Shown here: piece by piece, positions 1 to 11,256 of the stretch
Layout of the letters: each line of letters starts with the position of its first letter
How positions within the stretch are numbered: the stretch's first letter is position 1
NCBI RefSeq assembly: GCF_006345805.1
Contig: NW_021835243.1
Location: 1 to 42,327, forward strand
DNA length: 42,327 nt
From: Octopus sinensis
Lineage: Eukaryota
Reading direction: 5' to 3'
Program-made: the position numbers and the translations under genes
The notes under the pieces: generated by a model
Seen by the model: only the letters and a program-made list of their open reading frames with translations
What the model was told of the DNA's origin: nothing
The model's database searches: none

Positions 1-557
1 TCGATTTTTTTCCAATGTGTGATGAATACTGAAGTTGATGTTAATGAATTTTCTTTGAAGTTAATCAATGATTAAAAAATTAAGATTTGTTTAAAGTATT
101 TAAATCAAATTATTTTAATATAACAATCAACGACAAATTACGTATTTACATGAATATCTTTGACTTTTTAAAATTACCACGACTATTCATGAGTGAAATT
201 TAGATATATTTTAATGTTTTTATTTAAGATTCGTTTTTTCCATAAAAGCTGTAAAAAAATTTTAAACGTGAGTGGAATAAAAAGAAAATTTAAAAATTCC
301 CATTCTTTTCAAAAAAATCAATACGAATGGAATATTAATTTAAATAAAAATTAAAACAAATTGGTTTCTATTTTTATTGACTAGAGATCAGCATTATATC
401 CTGATTATTTTAAGTCTGACTAAAATTTATTTTCATTTTATGTTCGAAATGAGATTAAGTATTTATTTTAATCCTTGTTTAATTATTGATTGTGTCTCCT
501 AGACTTACGTAACCAGATTAATCTAAAGGATTTGCTTTTCGTTAAAATGCTTGGTTA

Positions 558-1857
558 AGAGGACTTGATTTTTCTTGGATCTCCTATTTTTGAAAGTGGT
601 ATCAAAGCTGTTATGAAGGCTAAAATTTCGGAATTTTCCCTTCTCTCTGAAAAATTACGTTGTGTGGATAGCCACATTGGGCTCTTCTTAATGAGGAACT
701 GTCTATCTATTCCGAAGTTAACATACCTTTTGAGGACGGCCCAATGCTATCAGGAAACAGATCTTCTCGAAGACTATTCCGAGCATATGAGAGCTTGCAC
801 TGAGGACATCCTCAACGTTAGCTTCGATACGCAGTCGTGGAGACAGGCGACTCTCCCAATTTCCCTGGGAGGGATCGGCTTGATCACCCCGGCAGATTCA
901 GCGCACGGCGCATATTTTTCCTCAGTACTCTCGTCCAGAGATATGATCGACACTGTTCTTTCTCAAATAAGCGAACAGAGGAAATCATTTGCTGTGGATG
1001 ATTGCGTCGCTGTATGGGAAAAGCTGGGATTGCCATTGCCATCTGATGTGACCTGCCAATCGGAGTGGACGTCGAAAGTTCACGCCAATACTTTTTCATG
1101 CCTAAAGGAAACCATGGACCAGAGAAGGTTGGCTTGTTTACAAGCGGGCAGCCAGCCCCTAAGCGGCGCGTGGCTAAACTGTTACCCTTGTAATACAACT
1201 GGCTGCCTTCTTAATGATGAAGCCGTAAGAATTGGAGTTTGTCTGCGCCTCGGTCTACGCGTTTATGAAAAACACCAATGCCGGTGCGGCGTGTGGACTG
1301 ACGAGTTTGGATATCACTCCCTCTCCTGTCGAAACGGAATTGGACGTTCCTCACGGCATTCCGAACTGAACCAGATCATCTGTCGATCTCTTCGAACTGC
1401 TGGATTCCACACACAATTGGAACCTGCAGGGATTTTCGTAGAGGACGGCAGAAGACCCGATGGGATGACCACATTTCCATTCCAGAGGGGAAAGTGTCTG
1501 GTTTGGGACGTCACGTGTGTGAACTCCTTTTCTAAACAGAACATCAAATTATGCATCGAGAATCCTGGAGCCCCGTCTGAACGGGCTGAGAAAAGAAAAG
1601 CTGAGAAATACGCTGGAATTGGGAACGGGAGAGTGTTTGTCCCCCTGGCTGTTGAGACCTCAGGAATACAGGGGCCTTCTACTCGGACCCTACTCCAGCG
1701 TATTGCCTCAATAATCGAAAGGGTTACCGGCGACCCGTGTGAGCACCGGTATTTAATCAAAAGAATATCTATAGCCATAGTCAGAGGCAATACTCTGGCT
1801 ATCTGCCAATGACTATTTTTCTTTTAATTTGAAATAAATTAATTTAAAAAAAAAAAA
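558..1857 (+). mobile_element. 5'-truncated CRE-clade non-LTR retrotransposon (RT C-terminus plus RLE endonuclease; ORF 565-1812)
   Basis: ORF has the CCHC knuckle (CRCG..HSLSC), RHSELN, DGRRPDG, LVWDVTCV, AE.RK..KY and PLAVETSG RLE motifs. Poly(A) at 1846-1857. Target duplication AAAATGCTTGGTTA at 544-557 and 1854-1867. Confidence 0.9.
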
Positions 1858-1979
1858 TGCTTGGTTATCTAACGATTTTAAGCTCCCTGGTTTTTCTCGT
1901 GACTTCACAAGGTGGAACTTGGCTCACTATTCATCTATAGAATGCAACAAAACCAAAAGAATCGCGTTGGATTCCGGCA

Positions 1980-2470
1980 AAGTGCGAATTTTGTTCATAA
2001 AATATCCGTGTGGCATTAAACTCGTTAAAAGTTTTTTGATCACAAAAAATTTCACGGCACAAATAATTAATGATTGCGAAAATAAGTTGGAATGTGGAGA
2101 AAGGAAAGTATTAATTGATGGACTCGCAATAAAAATGAACTCTTTGAGCAACTCTTGTTTTAGAAATGTTTTTCTTTACAAAAATAGTTTGTGAAATCGT
2201 GGGAGAAGTCATTTCGATCACCAATTTGAACATCAACCAATTTGAACATTGTTCTGTCGTTACTGGAAGCATTTTCATAATGCCACACGAATCTTTAATT
2301 GCAAGTCCTACAATTAGAGATATTCAAATTAAAAACTTGAAATATCTAAGTTCTGTCCAGGCATGATGAATCAAAAAATCTTAATTTTCTTAAAAATTTG
2401 GAGTATACTGGGATTTGGCGACAGTCTACTGCGATCAATTCAATTACTTGAAGAAAGAATTTGGACTTAA
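1980..2470 (+). pseudogene. Relic of an EGFR/insulin-receptor-family ectodomain (end of Cys-rich region plus receptor L domain)
   Basis: Frame-broken translation C-FRN-V-CEIVGEVISITNLNINQFEHCSVVTGSIFIMP...LKYLSSVQ...NLNFLKNLEY resembles the EGFR L2 pattern ([38 protein letters not shown]..FENLE). Judged by eye only. Confidence 0.4.
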
Positions 2471-2897
2471 TAACAATGATTTGAAATTAAAATGAAGCCT
2501 CATTTAATGGCGATTACATTGGGTTACTTTTCTCATTTAACTGATTAAATAATCTCTTTTGTTCTCGTTAATTTTGTTTTATTTCATTTAGAAAAGTTTT
2601 ATGTTTTATTTTAAAATTAGTTTAAAAAGACCATTGAAAGGACCTCCATACTTCAGAAAATAAGAGTTGATGACCGTAGTCGAGTTAAAAATTCCTCTGC
2701 ATACAAAGTCAATCAATTAACTTTGCCGTTTAGATAGAAGGCTAATAAAAAATGGAATTCTACAATAAATACATTTTTATGCAAACTTTCACTTATGTTA
2801 TGCTTCCCATAAAGCTATAGAATGGCTATTTTTTAGGTTTATAAATCGTTAGTTATTTTAACTAAAAAATCCATGTTAAAGTAATTAATTAATTAGC

Positions 2898-3435
2898 TTA
2901 ATCTTCTCTTTTGGGCCCATAATCCAGTGACCGTATGGGTGTGTTCTCGTCGAAGCACACTCCACATTCTGAGGCTGCCCTTGGTTGACATTCCGTTTCA
3001 GCTTTCTCCTCACTAGGTATCGATATACCATGCCTCTCTTCAGCCTGCATGCTCTCCAATGTCTTCCTCAAAACCACTGTCTGAATATATGTTCTCACTC
3101 TTTCTTCCAGCTTGAGGACATCAAGATGACCCTTGAAAAATCTTGAGACAATTCCATCCCAGGTCATTACAACAGGGATTACTTTCACTTTTGCGTGATG
3201 AATTGCTTCAAGTTCATTTGCCAATAAGTCATATTTGTGGAACTTCTCAACTTCGACCTGCTTTAGGCAATTTTGCGAAGTAACCCCAACTTCGATAAGG
3301 GTGATTGTATTCCTTACTTTGTCATGGACAAATATATCAGGTTTGTTATTCGCCACAGCTGTATCCGTACTAATCGTAGTATCCACACGAATCTCCACAA
3401 ATTCATTGCTAACAACAGATTGAACTGACGACAGA
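2898..3435 (-). mobile_element. 3' fragment of R4/Dong-like RLE non-LTR retrotransposon
   Basis: EIRVD..NKPDIFVHDK..LIEVG..EKFHKY: PD-(D/E)xK RLE motif; same family as 15446-17674. Confidence 0.85.
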
Positions 3436-3541
3436 TTGTTACACGGTCCAAAAAATGACCGCGGTACTAAAGATTGCTCCGAAGTTTAAAAATTAAAGCT
3501 ATTATCATATTTGACTTTGACAGAATGTGCAATCACAGATT

Positions 3542-3951
3542 GCACGACTTTGAATAGAGTGTGCAATTAACAGATTTTGAAAAACCACTTTGATAGTTGA
3601 AACCACATTAGCACAATCATTAACACAATTTACCACCAATTGACGCACGACCTTGAATAGAGTGTGCAATTAACAGATTTTGAAAAACACTTTGATAGTT
3701 GAAACCACATTAGCACAATCATTAACACAATTTACCACCAATTGACGCACGACTTTGAATAGAGTGTGCAATTAACAGATTTTGAAAAACCACTTTGATA
3801 GTTGAAACCACATTACCACAATCATTAACACAATTTACCACCAATTGACGCACGACCTTGAATAGAGTGTGCAATTAACAGATTTTGAAAAACACTTTGA
3901 TAGTTGAAACCACATTAGCACAATCATTAACACAATTTACCACCAATTGAC
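3542..3951. repeat. Tandem repeat, 4 units of 103/102/103/102 bp
   Basis: Units start at 3542, 3645, 3747 and 3850 (GCACGAC[T/C]TTGAATAGAGTGTGCAATTAACAG...CCAATTGAC). Confidence 0.95.
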
Positions 3952-3995
3952 AGCGCCATCAGGAGAATTTGCGTAAAAATATTAACTATTTAGTT

Positions 3996-4220
3996 AAGTT
4001 TTTCGTAAAGCTAGAATTTATTTTCGGTATCCCTCTTTTCCTAAACTTTTTTATTATTCAAAAATAATTTTTTCAATAGATAACCGAATGAGGGAAGACG
4101 ACCTTAAGAAAAGAAGTTTTTCGTAAAGATAGAATTTATTTTCTGTATGCCTCTTTTTTCCAAATATTTTTTATTATTCAAAAATAATTTTTTAAATAGA
4201 TAACCAAAGGAGGAAAAACG
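3996..4220. repeat. Diverged direct repeat, period about 118 bp, 2 copies
   Basis: AAGTTTTTCGTAAAG[C/A]TAGAATTTATTTTC...TTATTATTCAAAAATAATTTTTT..ATAGATAACC starting at 3996 and 4114. Confidence 0.85.
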
Positions 4221-4284
4221 AAACTGAAGAAAAAACGGTCAGCTTAATAAGGTAATTAATTAAATCTTTTTTGTGTGTCGCTTT

Positions 4285-4359
4285 TTTGCCTGCCGCATCT
4301 CTGGCTGCCGCATTTCCGCCTACCGCATTTCTGCCTGCCGCATTTCCGCCTACCGCATT
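4285..4359. repeat. 15-bp minisatellite x5 (T[CT][CT]G[CG]CT[AG]CCGCAT[TC])
   Basis: Direct reading. It produces the repetitive starts of ORFs 4271-4750 and 4192-4419. Confidence 0.95.
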
Positions 4360-4363
4360 TCTT

Positions 4364-4862
4364 TTATTACGAAATCTTGCGCCACCTAAATTATGCAACG
4401 GAACGAGGTTAGTTATCAAAAATTTGATGGCTAACGTAATAGAGGCGACGATATTAACAGGTAAGTATAGAGGTGAGGATGTTTATATTCCACGAATTCC
4501 AATAATTTCTGATGAATTACCATTTAGATTTAAAAGGCTGAAATTTCCTTTGAGGATGAGTTTTGCAATGACGATAAACAAGGCCCAGGGACAGTCATTA
4601 AAGGTAGTTGGGTTATTTTTAGAGAGTGAGTGCTTTTCACATGGACAGCTGTATGTGGGATGCTCGAGGGTAGGCAGAAGAGAAAATTTATTCATATATG
4701 CCAAGGAAGGACGGACGACAAACATCGTTTATCAACAGGCGATAGAATAGGGTTACATTAAACCAGGTAGTTTTATACATCTACATAAACTTATAGTTGT
4801 TTGATGAAACAGGCCCTCCGCAGGAGCTAGGTCGCGGTGAGCGAAGCGAGCTGCCGAGCTAG
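4364..4862 (+). mobile_element. Helitron 3' end: PIF1-like helicase C-terminus and terminal hairpin/CTAG
   Basis: LLRNL.PPKLCNGTRL, FAMTINKAQGQSL and FSHGQLYVGCSRV are PIF1 motifs. GCGAAGC mini-hairpin at 4841-4847. CTAG at 4859-4862 is followed by T. Confidence 0.88.
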
Positions 4863-4919
4863 TATAAAATAATTTTAACCACGCTTCATCGAACATGCGC
4901 AAGTGTACTAGACTGACGT

Positions 4920-5326
4920 TCAATGAAAAAAGACGCATAATAGCTTACATCGATGACAACAAGCATATGACAATGGAACATATAGCCTCTGTTTTCTCTT
5001 CCATTAAAAAAAATTTCCCGAAGATCAATCAATGATCTGAGGCTTGAAAAACAAAAAATACTTGATAGTGATCCTCTTTTTTCAAGCAAAAAACGACTAT
5101 TCAATCTAACATATTCAACTATTGATACAGAAGTTATGAAATGGATGGAACATATCGAACTTCGTGGCTGATTTATGGACGATAATTCTATTCTTTTGAA
5201 AGCAAAAAAAGTCGCCGATCTACATGGAATTACTGATTTCAAGGCTAGCAATGTCTGGCTCTCTAAATTCAAGAAACGGAACAATATTAAGTTAAGAACT
5301 TTTCACGGAGTCTTATATGACTAACG
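4920..5326 (+). mobile_element. pogo/Tigger transposase N-terminus (CENP-B-type HTH), interrupted by a Merlin insertion
   Basis: ...IDTEVMKWME..ILLKAKKVA..FKASNVWLSKFKKRNNIK.RTFHG; continues at 8481. Confidence 0.8.
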
Positions 5327-8300
5327 GGTACTGTTCTATTTCATGAATCATGAAAATAGGCACTAATTTAATTAATGAAAATTTTTTTGAATATTAGAGG
5401 AAAAATTAAATAAATGTACTATGCCGATTTTGTAAATATTATTATAAATTTTTTTAAAAAATATTTGAATTTTTTAATCGTTTGTGTGGATGGACGGTCA
5501 CGTTGAGATGAGAAAATACGCAAAATTGAAGGACTACGAACTCCCTCGCTCTGAGATGGAGTCCGTAGCCTTCCTTCAGGAGGTTGGAATCATTCCAACC
5601 GAAAAGAAATGTGCCGAAAGACATCCGATGACCCTAAAGCGAGATGGTACAACTTGGGTGTGTGATAAAAGCGAGTGTCGAATTTCAAGTTCTGTCCGAA
5701 ACGGTATAAGAGAGTACTTAATTTTTAGGTACGTGGCTCGAAGGCACGACAGTGTCATTACAATCTTGTATTCGGTTTATTTATATGTGGAGCTTCGACA
5801 GACACAGCATTTTATGGTGTCGGCGTCAACTGGAATGGAGTCGCCAAACGATATGTAATTGGTCTCACTCGCTGCGGGAGGTATGTGCTGCATATTTAGC
5901 AAATCGTCCGAAAAACACTGATTGGTATTATATGTCACAGGCCACAACTGTTACTCCGCCAGATATGTTACACTAAAAATTCATATAAATAGAAATAAAA
6001 CTTTTAAAATTAAAAATTAATACAAAGCATAACCTAATTGTTCGCAAAAATATGCTTTTCTGAATAGAAAAAATTTGGACTGAAACATGAATTTTTTCCC
6101 AAAACCAACATACCGTTAAAAATATGAGTTTTAAATTATTTAGCAATCTATTTAATTTTGGCTTATCCATATCTTTTTTTTATTAAATAATTATTCTTTT
6201 TTTTTAATAAAAAAAATTTTAAAAGCCTCTTATTAGTTTAAAACGTTTTCTATCAAGGAATCACAAAAAAGAAGGATCATTCCCAATTTTAATTAAGCGT
6301 GAAACATGTATTTTCTCATACATGTCACCTGTCTCACTTTGTATTGTTACTACAAAATCGTCTTTTGCCACAATTGTGTATTTCACCATCTCTAATCCAT
6401 CATAAAGTGGATATTGTCGTTTGTTAGCGTCATTATCTTGCCTAAATTACATGTTTATACATCCCAAATACCTTAAGATTACTATCTCTCCTACACTAAA
6501 AGTAGCCTCGTCATACTTCCATTTTCTTCTCTGAGCCATTTTATCAGCTGCCAACAGAATATTTACATACGCTTCATTCCTTTCCTCTTCCAAATATTCT
6601 ATGTCATCATTTTGCAATAACAATGATTCTAGTTCCTCCTCTGATGTTTCAATAGGATATTTTATGCCCATAAATAGATTAAATGGGACTTTTTTTGTGG
6701 TGGAATGGACAGTATTGTTATAATCAAAAACAATGTCTTTGATTATATCGCAATAGCGTCCAAAACATTCATCAGAGTAACTTTTAGATGAAATCCATCT
6801 TTTGATACTCTGATTTAGTCTAAAGAATAATGTTATCTTACAACCTTTCCACCTGTCCCTGTACCCAAGGAGCCCTTGGTCGTCCACGGACATGTTTAAT
6901 TTTGTACTTTTCACATAAACGGGCGACATGGTCATTGCAAAATTCTTTACCATTGTCTGTATGCAAGATCAATGGTGGCCCAATATAATAAAAGATGTTC
7001 TGAAATAACGAAGCAATTTCATGAGCTCTTTTGGTAAAAGATAACTCAACTATCGCGAATTTCGAAAAAGAATCGACAATTACAAGAATCTAATCTTTAT
7101 ATAGCCAAAAGTACCCAGTTATAAGAATCATTAATATCTGAATATCTCCTTAGGTCCACTAAATCGGCGATATACCGATCGCGACTCCGCCTTGCAATGA
7201 TCGGCGTAACTGGGGGTTTAGTAGCCAATGATTTTTTTGACTAAAAAATTAATAAAAAAAACTTAAAACCTGGCAAGGAATACATCGTTTTATGACACGA
7301 TTGATCTCTGCACGTGATATTCCGTGGTATAAGCGCGCCAATTTTGAAAACAACCGGTCTCGACCAAAATGATTCAAATTATGTTCAGCCAATTGAAATA
7401 AACATTTATTATGCAAACTTCAATATATTTATCTTTAAGTTCAGCTTCATCGCTGCAGAAAAATCTTAATTTAAGTCCATCTTTAGTGATATATGGAGCT
7501 CCATCCAAAAAATCAAATTTATTTGCTAATTTCAGTAGTCTTGATCTTTGCATCCGCGAAAGCGTCCTGCTGACGAATACGAGCTCAGGATTGCTCTTAA
7601 GTTCCTTAAGTAATTCTAAGTCTTCCTTTGTTACTTGCACTAAACGCTTTTAACGTGTATTTGTAATTTAAAAAAACATCAATATTTTTTAAAAATTTAT
7701 AAGTTTTCTTTGATTTCATAGAAATATACCAAAGGATTCATGTTTTAAGTTTTTTCCAACTTGACAATTTGATGTTGGTGTAACACATCTGGCGGAGTAA
7801 CAGTTGTGGCCGGTGACATTATTTACATTATTAGATTGCATAGGTGGAATTGGAAATGTCGGTAATTGTAATTACTTTATTTTTGTTAATAGGTTATTCA
7901 ACCCCAGATCTAAATGCTCTTGCTTATGTGCACCTTACAGTCAATCACAAGTTTATTGTAATTCATTTATAAATTTGCAGACGAAATTTTGTAAACCCGA
8001 GGACGGGTGCACATACCCAGTGTGTTGAGAGGTTCGTGTAGCAAAAATTATATACAAAAATATAGAATGTGGGGGAACGCAAAATGGCGCAATAAGAGAC
8101 AAAGAGGAACCGCACGCCACTATATGGGTGAATACTTTGCAGGTATTAAATATTCAGATTTAATTTGTAGAATTTTTATGGAGAAGACAAGTGAGCCATT
8201 TGGACAACGCATTCGACGAATTGTTAGACGCAATTGTGCAATTTTACCAACCGAACGTTTCGCTCCGTAGATCTAACTAACCTTTTTCCTAATAATATCT

Positions 8301-8480
8301 TATTTTGACTTTAGAATTTAAAATTTACACCACTAAGTCATTAAGAATTCAAATATTTTTTAAAAAAATTTATAATAATATTTACAAAATCGGCATAGTA
8401 CATTTATTTAATTTTTCCTCTAATATTCAAAAAAATTTTCATTAATTAAATTAGTGCCTATTTTCGTGATTCATGAAATC
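5327..8480 (+). mobile_element. Merlin (IS1016/IS1595-like) DNA transposon, intron-containing and internally deleted
   Basis: About 140-bp TIRs (5338-5478 vs 8340-8479; the right end lacks about 10 terminal nt). 8-bp TSD GACTAACG at 5319-5326 and 8481-8488. Spliced translation gives a zinc ribbon, SVRNGTWLEG, W...LREVC, IGG and TVNHKRNFVNPRTGAHTQCVERMWGNAKWRNKRQRGT..YFAEFLWRR (stop 8278-8280). Confidence 0.9.
5933..7818 (-). mobile_element. Ginger2/TDD-type integrase DNA transposon with 5 micro-introns (CDS about 7640 to 6261)
   Basis: TIR of about 40 bp, TGTCAC[A/C]GGCCACAACTGTTACTCCGCCAGAT[A/G]TGTTACAC, with TG..CA ends. Spliced protein has HHCC (HNLNH..CIPC), IADLVD, TDNG-35-QVER and a C-terminal VGEIVILR..HVSRL segment. 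No RT or LTR. Confidence 0.88.
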
Positions 8481-8620
8481 GACTAACGTAAACTTTGAAG
8501 AAGAAATAAATTCTTTTATTTCAGTAATTTTCACAAAATTGCAAGAATATGAACCTGCAAATATTTATAACGCCGACGAAACAGGAATATTCTACAAAAA
8601 TATTCCATTGCATTCCAAGT
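8481..8620 (+). mobile_element. Continuation of the pogo/Tigger transposase (start of DDE_1 domain)
   Basis: TNVNFEEEINSF...YEPANIYNADETGIFYK follows the second copy of the TSD GACTAACG. Confidence 0.8.
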
Positions 8621-8919
8621 GGATTACTTGTGAAAATCAAACTTAAAAAACAGATATAACGATTGATAATTACGATAAAATTATCACGACGCTTAAAATT
8701 CTGGATCTGTAAGTTCCTGATCGGAGTCTTAACATCGGTGCAAATGCGTTGAAGAACTAATTTGGCTACCTTGGCACGAAGAGGTTTATGTGCAATGCCG
8801 AGATGGTGCTAGACCTCTTCTTCCGTGAAGCCAAGCGAAAACAACCCCCAAGTCCTCCGATACCACGTACGCCCAAGGGCAAGACAGCTTAATCTTAGTT
8901 GGTTAGTTTTCTGGCCTTT

Positions 8920-9309
8920 ATTTTTCTGGTCCAAGTTCCTGATCGGAGTCGAGACACGCTGATTCCAATCATCCAAACTCATGTACAGACCGGATCGATT
9001 ATCTGTACGGATTATTGGCCAGCCTACAATAGAATCGAATTGTTAGGATATTCCGATCATTTAAAAGTCAACCACAGCCGCAATTTTGTTGACCAGAACA
9101 ATCTCTCCACACATACGCAGGGAATCGAGTCAGTGTGGTCTCACGCCAAGAAAAAGCTAAAAAGGATGAATGGAACATCCCGTGTTCTTTTTAATTCTTA
9201 TCTGGCGGAATTTGAATGGCGGTGGAGAAATGATACGTATCCCTGTGGAGGCGGGAATGCATTTATTAAAATGTTAATAACTATTAATTCTCAGTACCCT
9301 TTGTCTTAA
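8920..9309 (+). mobile_element. Second Merlin/ISXO2-family transposase, C-terminal half (no introns)
   Basis: VPDRSRDTLIPIIQTHVQTGSIICTDYW..Y..HLKVNHSRNFVD..HTQGIESVWS..YLAEFEWR. Confidence 0.88.
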
Positions 9310-9589
9310 TAATTCGAGTTTTTCACTGTTTTCATGTTTTACTAAGTTGCGTAAAAAATGTAGTTTTAAAAAATTTAACTTCAATGGAGAAAAATATATT
9401 AATGAAAAGAATTGCTTTAGTTCCCTCACGGGCGAACACATTAGCGGAGGTGACTTGTAGTTGACGTGACGGAGGCACATTAAATTTAGAAAATGAAGAG
9501 GGGGAAATTATTAAAAAAGTACTACAAATTTTTGAAAAGTGACTCACGTCCGCCGTGGCTCACGTCTGGACTGTGACAATATATAAGAT

Positions 9590-9780
9590 TCAAATATCAC
9601 AAAAGTATAAATAAGTAAAAAAGGAGATAAAAAAACAAAATCGAAAAATATCACAAAAAATATAAATAGATATAAGTAAAAAAATAAATTAAAGGAACAA
9701 ACTCGAAAAATATCACAATAAGTATAAATAAGTAAAAAAAAAGGAGATTGAAGGAATAAAATCGAAAAATATGACAAAAA
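9590..9780. repeat. Degenerate A-rich tandem repeat of about 60 bp (about 3 copies)
   Basis: Recurring AAATCGAAAAATATCACAA..GTATAAATAAGTAAAAAA. Confidence 0.7.
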
Positions 9781-10119
9781 TGATGAACTTTCAGATAATT
9801 AAATCATTAAAAGAAAATACATCTTGTATTATTCCTTCTGAATCCAATTAAGATAAAAAATAATGCGTAGCAAATAATTAAGAGAGCACCACAAAGTAAA
9901 TCGACAGCGTGCTCACACGTGGCTTAATCTATTAGATATTAGGTTTACCATTTTAAAATTAAGATAATTAATAATAATTAATGAAAAAAACTTTATTTTT
10001 ATTACAAAACAGTTTTGAATGTCAGTAATTCTCACCTTTAGAGAGAGCAAGGATTCAATAATAACCAGATTATTGAAAAAGATGATTTTAAATCAATTAA
10101 TCTTGGCTATACCAATTGG

Positions 10120-10237
10120 AAACTACTTGCTCGACTTGACTGCTAAATTGGCAGCGAAGAGTGTATGCCCCCGCCTCAGCTCAGAATTTGCTCCTTACCA
10201 ACTCGGGGTGGGGATCTCCAACGGTTGCGAGTCCGAC
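10120..10237 (+). mobile_element. Small internal CRE RT fragment
   Basis: LTAKLAAKSVCPRLSSEFAPYQLGVGISNGCE aligns with LSAKLLCRAIVPCLSSKFLPVQLGVGVPNGCE in the 31.4-kb copy. Confidence 0.8.
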
Positions 10238-10559
10238 ATCGTTAATTTATTTTTTGTATATCAATCCTCCCTGGTGACATAACTACCGAATTAGCAGTTA
10301 TTTTGTTTTTTGCGGTGCAAGTGATTTTAATCTTCATTGCTATTTTGAATTTGGTTGGAGCGATTTATGATTTTATGCTTGAAAAGTGGAATATTTATAT
10401 CATTTAATCTAAAAAAATATTGTTGTCACCACGCATCGGAAAATAAGTGCAAAGTAACATATATTAGCAATAAAGTTTAACTCTGAAAAGAACACGCAAT
10501 TATTAGTTATTCAATTTCCGTTTTTGTAATTTGTAGTATTTTTTTACATCAAACTCATT

Positions 10560-10765
10560 CTCTTAGGGCCCACGTATAATGCACCGATGGGCAGATTCAT
10601 GTCAACACAGAGTCTAGATTCAGGAACTACCTCTTTAACAGGCATCAATAACACGTGCCTTGTCTTGGCTTGCATGCTTTCTAAGGTCTTCCGCAACACC
10701 AGTGTCTCGATGTATGCCTTCACCCTGTCCTAAATTGCATGTCAATAGAGAGCTCTTTGCCTTGC
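10560..10765 (-). mobile_element. R4/Dong-like 3' fragment
   Basis: Minus strand DRVKAYIETLVLRKTLESMQAKTRH matches ERVRTYIQTVVLRKTLESMQAEERH of the 2.9-kb copy. Confidence 0.75.
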
Positions 10766-11256
10766 AGCTTCCAGCCCGGTTTCATCACATGAGGTCTACC
10801 CAAACACATTTTTGGACAATCTCCAGCCGCGTTTATCATCAACCCCTCATATGAGGACCAGTAATAATTCCCGCAGTACTGGAAGCAACATGTCTTGTCA
10901 ATGTGAAATGACTGATCCCATATTGTGGTGTAGGTATCTTCCTCAAGGTGAGACAGTGAGATCTTGCTAGGCTGAATACATTGATCTCTATATAGTTCAA
11001 CATATATGGACTTATTGTCACTAAGATAACATGCCGTTGTGTTACAAACACCACCGTCAAAGACAGTGCCTGTTGGCAGGTATGTCATAGGGTCAATGAT
11101 ATAATGGGTGACGGAGACAGATAGGATATCATTAATTGAGATTTTAGACCATTTCTTCTCATCTATCATCGGAAGGAGAATGTTTCTTAACTCAACGGTA
11201 GAAAGGAAAGAGAGAAATATTGCAGAAGCAATTAAAGTGTTAACACTTAATCTCAT
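10720..11256 (-). CDS. Orphan putative secreted Cys-rich protein; C-terminus captured by a retroelement fragment
   Basis: 178-aa open frame, hydrophobic N-terminal signal-like segment, 8 Cys including CCFQYC and DCPKMC. The last about 13 codons overlap the R4/Dong fragment. No family recognised. Confidence 0.5.
   Translation of the reverse strand: MRLSVNTLIASAIFLSFLSTVELRNILLPMIDEKKWSKISINDILSVSVTHYIIDPMTYLPTGTVFDGGVCNTTACYLSDNKSIYVELYRDQCIQPSKISLSHLEEDTYTTIWDQSFHIDKTCCFQYCGNYYWSSYEGLMINAAGDCPKMCLGRPHVMKPGWKLQGKELSIDMQFRTG

Noticed and set aside
3542-3951. CRISPR array
   Set aside because: Whole units repeat with no unique spacers, no cas genes, and the context is eukaryotic.
4192-4419. ORF with GGNAAGRNAV repeats
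   Set aside because: It is the antisense translation of the 15-bp minisatellite.
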